The position numbers were made by a program, and so were the translations under genes. From contig OZ242383.1 of the NCBI GenBank assembly GCA_965209155.1, positions 512,001 to 576,000 on the forward strand: DNA of 64,000 nucleotides, in the 5' to 3' direction. Shown here one piece after another: positions 58,659 to 64,000 of the stretch. The notes under the pieces were generated by a model. The model was not told the DNA's origin. It searched no databases and saw only the letters and a program-made list of their open reading frames with translations. Positions within the stretch are counted from its first letter, which is position 1. Every line of letters begins with the position of its first letter. The DNA is from a bacterium (GTDB lineage: Bacteria > SAR324 > NAC60-12).

Positions 58659-59870
58659 ATGAACGCAGTAATCCAGGGTCTCATCATCATCATCATCGGT
58701 ATCGGCGGTTGCTTCGGTTACTTCTACCTCTCCAATCTGTTGCTCGAGAAAGTCCTATTCCCGCCGCGCGGCGAGAACGCCGGACGCAACATCAATCGCG
58801 CCAACATGATCCGGCCGTGGTTGTTCAGCTTCCCGGTCATTTTCATGATGGGGGTCTACATTGTCTACCCGATTTTCGAAACACTGCGCTTGTCGCTCAC
58901 TGACCGCGATTTAGGCGATGCGTTTGTCGGTCTTGCGAACTATCAGCAGTTGTTCAACGATACGAAATTCTGGGAAGCGATGCGCAACAACCTGTTGTGG
59001 CTGATCGTCGTACCCGCAACGTGTACGGCGTTTGGTCTCCTGATCGCCGAACTGACGGACCGCATTGCCTGGGGCAACATCGCCAAGTCGATCTTCTTCA
59101 TGCCCATGGCGATCTCGTTTGTCGGCGCCTCGGTGGTCTTCATGCTGTTGTATGATATCCGCCCCGTGGCCGGGGTTCTGAACGCGGTCTGGATGCAGTT
59201 CGAAGGCGGGGTCGGCTCGTTTCTTTTCCTGCGGATATTCCCAGCCATCATCCTGTTGGGCTTCGCTGCGGTGGCGGCGTATGTCTGTTATCTGTTCCTG
59301 CGCCCCTTCTTCATTCCGGAGGAACGAAAGGGCGGAATCGTCACGGCTGCTCTGCGAGCAGTTGCCGGCGCGGCTGCAGTCTATCTTGCCGTCCTGGCGC
59401 TTCTGAACGTGATCGACGTGTTCACGATCACCCTGCCTTACGGCAAATCCCAGGGCTGGAAGACGATACCGTTCTGGAACAATTTCTTCCTGATGGCCGC
59501 GATGATCTGGTCCCAGACCGGCTTAGCCATGGTGTTCCTGTCGGCGGCGCTGCGCGGCATTCCGCAGGAAACGGTTGAGTCCGCCATCATCGACGGTGCG
59601 AAGCCGTTCCAGTTATTTTTCCGTATCAAGGTCCCGCAAATCGTCGGCACAATCGTCGTGGTGTGGACCATCATCACGGTGATGGTGTTGAGGATATTCG
59701 ACATTATCTATACGTTGACCTTCAGTAATTGGAATACGGCGATCCTGGCAAATTACTTGTACCGCAAGCTGTTCAACGACCTCGACTGGAACGTCGGGTC
59801 GGCATCTGTGATCATCCTCGTGCTGCTAGTGTCGCCGATTATGATCTATAATGTGTACAAAGCCCGCTAA
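58659..59870 (+). CDS. aglF: Sugar ABC transporter permease, AglF-like
   Basis: RPWLF..P, FVGL.NY, PMAISFVGA, SAALRGIP.E..E.A..DGA (EAA loop). Confidence 0.85.
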   Translation: MNAVIQGLIIIIIGIGGCFGYFYLSNLLLEKVLFPPRGENAGRNINRANMIRPWLFSFPVIFMMGVYIVYPIFETLRLSLTDRDLGDAFVGLANYQQLFNDTKFWEAMRNNLLWLIVVPATCTAFGLLIAELTDRIAWGNIAKSIFFMPMAISFVGASVVFMLLYDIRPVAGVLNAVWMQFEGGVGSFLFLRIFPAIILLGFAAVAAYVCYLFLRPFFIPEERKGGIVTAALRAVAGAAAVYLAVLALLNVIDVFTITLPYGKSQGWKTIPFWNNFFLMAAMIWSQTGLAMVFLSAALRGIPQETVESAIIDGAKPFQLFFRIKVPQIVGTIVVVWTIITVMVLRIFDIIYTLTFSNWNTAILANYLYRKLFNDLDWNVGSASVIILVLLVSPIMIYNVYKAR

Positions 59871-59883
59871 GAAATAGGGAGGA

Positions 59884-61047
59884 TTGACCATGGACGGAAT
59901 AGTAGAAACCAAATCATCGCTCAAAAAATGGGTCGTGCGCATCACGGTCGCTTTGCTGCTCGCCGTGTGGTTGACTCCGTCGCTGGGTCTGTTCGTCTCT
60001 TCGTTCCGAACCAGACTCGATATTCAACAATCAGGATGGTGGACAGCGTTCTTTACAACCGAGAAGAACGAAGTTCTCCGGGCCGCCGATCCAGACGACT
60101 TTCGCCTGGCTGACGGTGACGTCTTTACGGTCTCGGGCAATCTGTTCGGCGAGGCGTCCTCGAAGGAGATTACCCTCTGGGGCACCAAGCGGCAATCGAG
60201 TGATGCCTATGTTCCCGGCGACGTGGCCGACATGGGAGACGGCGAAAGCATCACTGTTCAGGCCAACGGTGACTACGTCTGGCGCGGCAACGACGATCAG
60301 TTGAGCGGTCGCGGACAACGCGTATTCGCCACGGTAAGAGCGCCACCCGAATTTACACTCCAAAATTACCACTGGATGCTGTTCGATAAGACGAACCCCC
60401 ATAGTTTGTGGCAGGCCCTTCTCAACACGCTGATCATGGCAATTCCGTCGACGATTATCCCAATCACGATGGCGGCATTTGCCGCCTACGCGCTTGCCTG
60501 GATGAATTTCCGAGGCCGTGGATTGTTGATCGCGGCGGTCGTCGCGGGCCTTGCCGTGCCGCCCAACATTGCCTTGATCCCCATTCTGAATCTGCATATT
60601 GACATCGGTATCGGCAAGAGCTTTCTGGGCATGTGGCTCGCCCATTCCGCGTTCACACTGCCGTTCGCCCTCTTTCTTTTGCGCAACTACATGGCCGGCA
60701 TACCGCGCGAAATTGTCGAAAACGCCAAGCTCGACGGTGCGACTGATTTCCAGATTTTTATCAGGATCATTCTGCCGCTCAGCATTCCGGCGCTCGCCTC
60801 GTACGCGATCATCCAGTTTCTGTTGGTGTTTAACGATCTCCTGGGGCCCAAGGTGTTTCTGATCGACAACTCCGGTGCCCGCGACATCATCACAAATGCC
60901 ATTACCAGAATGTTGGGGCCCTACGCCGGCAACTGGGATATCATTTCGGCGGGGGCCTTCATTTCCATGGCGGTGCCGTTGGCGGTCTTCTTCGCCATGC
61001 AACGATATTTCGCGCGCGGCTTGTTGGCCGGATCGATCAAAGGGTGA
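59884..61047 (+). CDS. aglG: Sugar ABC transporter permease, AglG-like
   Basis: W..P..GL.VSSFR, AYALAW..F.GR, IP.E..E.A..DGA, F.RGLLAGS.KG. Confidence 0.85.
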   Translation: MTMDGIVETKSSLKKWVVRITVALLLAVWLTPSLGLFVSSFRTRLDIQQSGWWTAFFTTEKNEVLRAADPDDFRLADGDVFTVSGNLFGEASSKEITLWGTKRQSSDAYVPGDVADMGDGESITVQANGDYVWRGNDDQLSGRGQRVFATVRAPPEFTLQNYHWMLFDKTNPHSLWQALLNTLIMAIPSTIIPITMAAFAAYALAWMNFRGRGLLIAAVVAGLAVPPNIALIPILNLHIDIGIGKSFLGMWLAHSAFTLPFALFLLRNYMAGIPREIVENAKLDGATDFQIFIRIILPLSIPALASYAIIQFLLVFNDLLGPKVFLIDNSGARDIITNAITRMLGPYAGNWDIISAGAFISMAVPLAVFFAMQRYFARGLLAGSIKG

Positions 61048-61143
61048 CCGGTCGAAGAATTGAGAATAGGGCGTTGCGACACGTGGCGTCCACGAACCGG
61101 GTCCGGCAGACGCGCCGGACTGTAAACAGACAGGGAGGGACCA

Positions 61144-62235
61144 ATGTCCGAAATGAAGTTGACCAACGTCGAAAAAATCTATGGAGGAGCGGTCAAGGCC
61201 CTCGAGGATATCAATCTTGATATCGAGCAGGGTGAACTGATCGTCTTACTCGGGCCGTCGGGCTGTGGCAAGACGACCCTTTTGCGCATGATCGCCGGGC
61301 TCGAGACCATCACGTCGGGCACGCTGGAAATCGAGGGGCAGATCGTCAACGATGTGCCACCGGCCCAGCGTGGTATCGCGATGGTGTTCCAGTCCTATGG
61401 CTTGTATCCGCACATGGACGTGCGCAAGAACATGAGCTTTGCCCTCGAGCTCGCCAGGAAGTCGCGTCAGGTGATCAATACTACCGTCACACAGGCCGCG
61501 CGAATGCTCCAGATGGAGCCCTATCTCGAACGACTGCCCAAGGCGCTCTCCGGTGGCCAGCGTCAGCGGGTGGCCATCGGCCGGGCGATCGTGCGTGACC
61601 CCAAGGTTTACCTGTTCGACGAGCCGCTCTCCAATCTTGATGCCGCGTTGCGGGTGGCCACCCGGATTGAGATCGCCCAGCTCAAGGAGTCGATGCCCGA
61701 GAGCACCATGATCTACGTGACCCACGACCAGGTGGAGGCCATGACCCTGGCGAACCGCATCGTGTTGCTCACCCCCGGTGGGCGCGTTGGTCAGGTCGGC
61801 AGACCGTTGGAACTGTATACCCGGCCCCAAAACGAGTTTGTCGCCCAGTTCATCGGCTCGCCCGCCATGAACCTGCTTCCCGGCGAAGTTGTCGGCACGG
61901 GAGAGCAGACCACCATTAAACTCGACACCGGCGGGGTTGCCGTCTCGGCTGCCCCGACGCGAAGCTCGGAGGCAGGCCTGGAGGTCAACGTTGGGGTTCG
62001 GCCGGAGGATTTGGTAGAAACCGACGGCGATTGTATTTTCGAGGGCAAGGTGAGCATCACCGAGGAATTGGGCGAGGTGACCCTGCTCCACTTTGACCGG
62101 GTGCAGGACAAGGATACCATGCTCGCAAAGCTGCCCGGCATTCACACAGGGTTGCGCGGCAACACGGTCAAACTGACTGCCGAGCCCCCCAAGATTCACG
62201 TCTTCCACGAGGGCGTTTCCCTCTATTACCGCTAG
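61144..62235 (+). CDS. aglK: Sugar ABC transporter ATP-binding protein, AglK/MalK-like
   Basis: GPSGCGKT, LSGGQRQRVAIGR, FDEPLSNLDA, YVTHDQVEA; C-terminal TOBE-like region. Confidence 0.9.
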   Translation: MSEMKLTNVEKIYGGAVKALEDINLDIEQGELIVLLGPSGCGKTTLLRMIAGLETITSGTLEIEGQIVNDVPPAQRGIAMVFQSYGLYPHMDVRKNMSFALELARKSRQVINTTVTQAARMLQMEPYLERLPKALSGGQRQRVAIGRAIVRDPKVYLFDEPLSNLDAALRVATRIEIAQLKESMPESTMIYVTHDQVEAMTLANRIVLLTPGGRVGQVGRPLELYTRPQNEFVAQFIGSPAMNLLPGEVVGTGEQTTIKLDTGGVAVSAAPTRSSEAGLEVNVGVRPEDLVETDGDCIFEGKVSITEELGEVTLLHFDRVQDKDTMLAKLPGIHTGLRGNTVKLTAEPPKIHVFHEGVSLYYR

Positions 62236-62616
62236 GATCTGAGGGGGACTAAAGGGGGACAGACCCGTGCTCGTGCTCGTGCTCGATTGCAACATTCCCG
62301 ATCCCTTTGAGATGGGGAAGTCCGAAGAGAAGAGAAGGTATGGAATCCAGGGTTCTATGGGATGCCGTTTCGTTCACGAGCACGTCTCACGAGTACGATC
62401 ACGAGGAGCCCCTTCCAGGGGCTAATTTAGGATCTGAGGGGGACTAAGGGGGACAGACCCGTGATCGTGCTCGATTGCAACATTCCCGATCCCTTTGAGA
62501 TGGGGAAGTCCGAAGAGAAAAGAAGGTATGGAATCCAGGGTTCTATGGGATGCCGTTTCGTTCACGAGCACGATCACGAGGAGCCCCTTCCAGGGGCTAA
62601 TTTAGGATCTAAGGGG
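62233..62616. repeat. Tandem duplication (195 bp + 175 bp + stub) of the (CGTGCT)n element, copies B and C
   Basis: Units start TAGGATCT(G/A)AGGGG at 62233, 62428 and 62603; they differ mainly in the number of 6-bp units. Confidence 0.9.
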
Positions 62617-62740
62617 AGCGAAAATAAATTTTGTTTTTTTTCAGGAAATAAAAAAATGGCTGTACAATTACCAGCACCGCAACAAATACGAGAACTCGCC
62701 GAGGAAGTGCTCGCCAACCCTACCAACACAGGTGCCCCCT

Positions 62741-63862
62741 ATGCCAACTGAATATGAACCCTTGATGGATGTCCGCAAAGATTTAAGAATCAAATGGTAT
62801 CGCAGTCCTATTGACAAAAAGGTCTTGCGGGAGTTAACCCAAAAAAGTGACCGCCAAGGAATGTTTCAGGCTGGCGGGCATTTGACCATCTTTGCCGGTA
62901 CAGGACTGCTCAGCTACACCTTTTTTGTGCAAGAGTGGTGGATTGCCTGCATCCTGGCAGTGATCGCCCATGGGACCGTCGGTACGTTCTTTTCCGGATT
63001 GGCCACCCATGAACTCTGCCACGGCACCGTCTTCCGAACCCGCTGGCTCAATCAGATGTTTCTTTATATTTATAGCATTTTGGGCTGGTTCAATTTTCAC
63101 AATTACAACTATAGCCATACCTACCACCACCTCTACACTCTCCATCCGAGAGGAGACCGGGAAGTCGTTCTACCCCTTCCGGCTTCCTTGAAGTGGACTT
63201 ACCTGCTACAGTTGTTCACCTTCCAAATCTTTGGTGGTCCTGAAGTGTCAGGAATGATACCCGTGATCAAGCAGAGGCTTAAAGATGCGATGGGGCAATA
63301 CCCGGATGAATGGATTGGGGCCGTGCTTGAATCCCATGGGCGGGACCACCGGAAGGCGAGGAACCTGGCACGGCTGATTTTGCTCTTCCATCTGGGGGTC
63401 TGGGTAGTGTCGATTTATTTTCAACTGTGGCTCTTGCCGATATTGCTCTCCTTCCATCTCTTCATTGGCAACTGGCTCAAATATTTTGTAGGCTTGCCGA
63501 TGCACTGCGGCCTACGCAGCAATGTCCCGGATTTTCGCAAGTGCGTGCGGACCATCACCCTCGATCCCCTTTCCGAATTTCTCTATTGGCACATGAACTG
63601 GCATACAGAACACCACATGTATGCCGGGGTCCCCTGCTACAACCTCAAGAAATTGCATGAGGCGATTGCCCACGATATGCCGCAACCCAAAAATGTGTTT
63701 GGCGCCTGGCGCGAAATGCGGGAAACTTGGCGAAGACAACAGGAAGATCCGAGTTATGAATACGATACCCCTGTGCCGCCCCCGACAGATCGAAAATCGG
63801 TTGAAGAGGATGACAAATTAGCCGCCTCCATTGGCGATTTAGCTCCTAAATCGCTGGTTTAA
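62741..63862 (+). CDS. Membrane di-iron fatty-acid desaturase/hydroxylase family protein (MocD-like)
   Basis: Three His boxes HELCH, HTYHH, HTEHH; WYRSP.D...L..L...SD..G N-terminus. Confidence 0.85.
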   Translation: MPTEYEPLMDVRKDLRIKWYRSPIDKKVLRELTQKSDRQGMFQAGGHLTIFAGTGLLSYTFFVQEWWIACILAVIAHGTVGTFFSGLATHELCHGTVFRTRWLNQMFLYIYSILGWFNFHNYNYSHTYHHLYTLHPRGDREVVLPLPASLKWTYLLQLFTFQIFGGPEVSGMIPVIKQRLKDAMGQYPDEWIGAVLESHGRDHRKARNLARLILLFHLGVWVVSIYFQLWLLPILLSFHLFIGNWLKYFVGLPMHCGLRSNVPDFRKCVRTITLDPLSEFLYWHMNWHTEHHMYAGVPCYNLKKLHEAIAHDMPQPKNVFGAWREMRETWRRQQEDPSYEYDTPVPPPTDRKSVEEDDKLAASIGDLAPKSLV

Positions 63863-63935
63863 GTGAAATCGACTAATATACAGACTGACCCGACTTGGGC
63901 AATTCATTTTAACACAATGTGAAAAGGAACCCATC

Positions 63936-64000
63936 ATGCGCTTTAGAACGAACAAGATATTTGAGAAAAACAAGCAGGGCAAGCAGGGTATCGGTCTTGG
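63936..64000 (+). CDS. 5' end of a gene running off the window (possibly HpcH/HpaI aldolase-like)
   Basis: RBS AAGGA; MRFRTNKIFEKNKQGKQGIGL; too short for a firm call. Confidence 0.4.
   Translation, partial: MRFRTNKIFEKNKQGKQGIGL

Noticed and set aside
62233..62616. CRISPR array
   Set aside because: Whole 175-195-bp units are duplicated; there is no repeat-spacer structure
1..64000. rRNA, tRNA or riboswitch genes
   Set aside because: None recognised by eye in the intergenic regions; tRNAscan-SE and Infernal/Rfam scans would be needed to exclude them

Overview
This is a 64-kb bacterial chromosomal window. The housekeeping-like genes are an EF-G paralogue, carB, glpK, xylB, cysS, an MsbA-like exporter, an Smr protein and MscS; a deltaproteobacterial/SAR324-like origin is my impression only. 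These genes are interleaved with a dense mosaic of apparently foreign genes of very different base composition, IS elements (IS1380 nested in IS5, ISNCY, IS5, IS200/IS605, plus IS91 and IS256 remnants), many gene stubs and pseudogenes, and at least three families of short non-coding repeats. Two defence-like patches are visible. At 4.8-7.9 kb are a NucS-like nuclease and a PRTase+DprA (ShosTA-like) pair. At 22.1-27.9 kb are a small TM protein with a truncated ThsB-like TIR, an AlkB-like enzyme, an MTase+PD-(D/E)XK R-M pair and an HNH protein. The most striking locus is 49.9-64 kb. A 2049-aa protein joins an integrase-type Arm DNA-binding domain to a pseudokinase-NTPase-GAF-PAS-sigma54 activator. 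It is followed by an array of palindromic boxes, an IHF-consensus site and a near-consensus sigma54 promoter, upstream of an AglEFGK-like sugar ABC transporter, a membrane di-iron (desaturase/MocD-like) oxygenase and a truncated gene at the window edge. A 22-bp hairpin unit that appears to insert into REP loops and into an IS is also notable. No rRNA, tRNA or CRISPR array was seen. All family calls come from motif recognition by eye, not from database searches.
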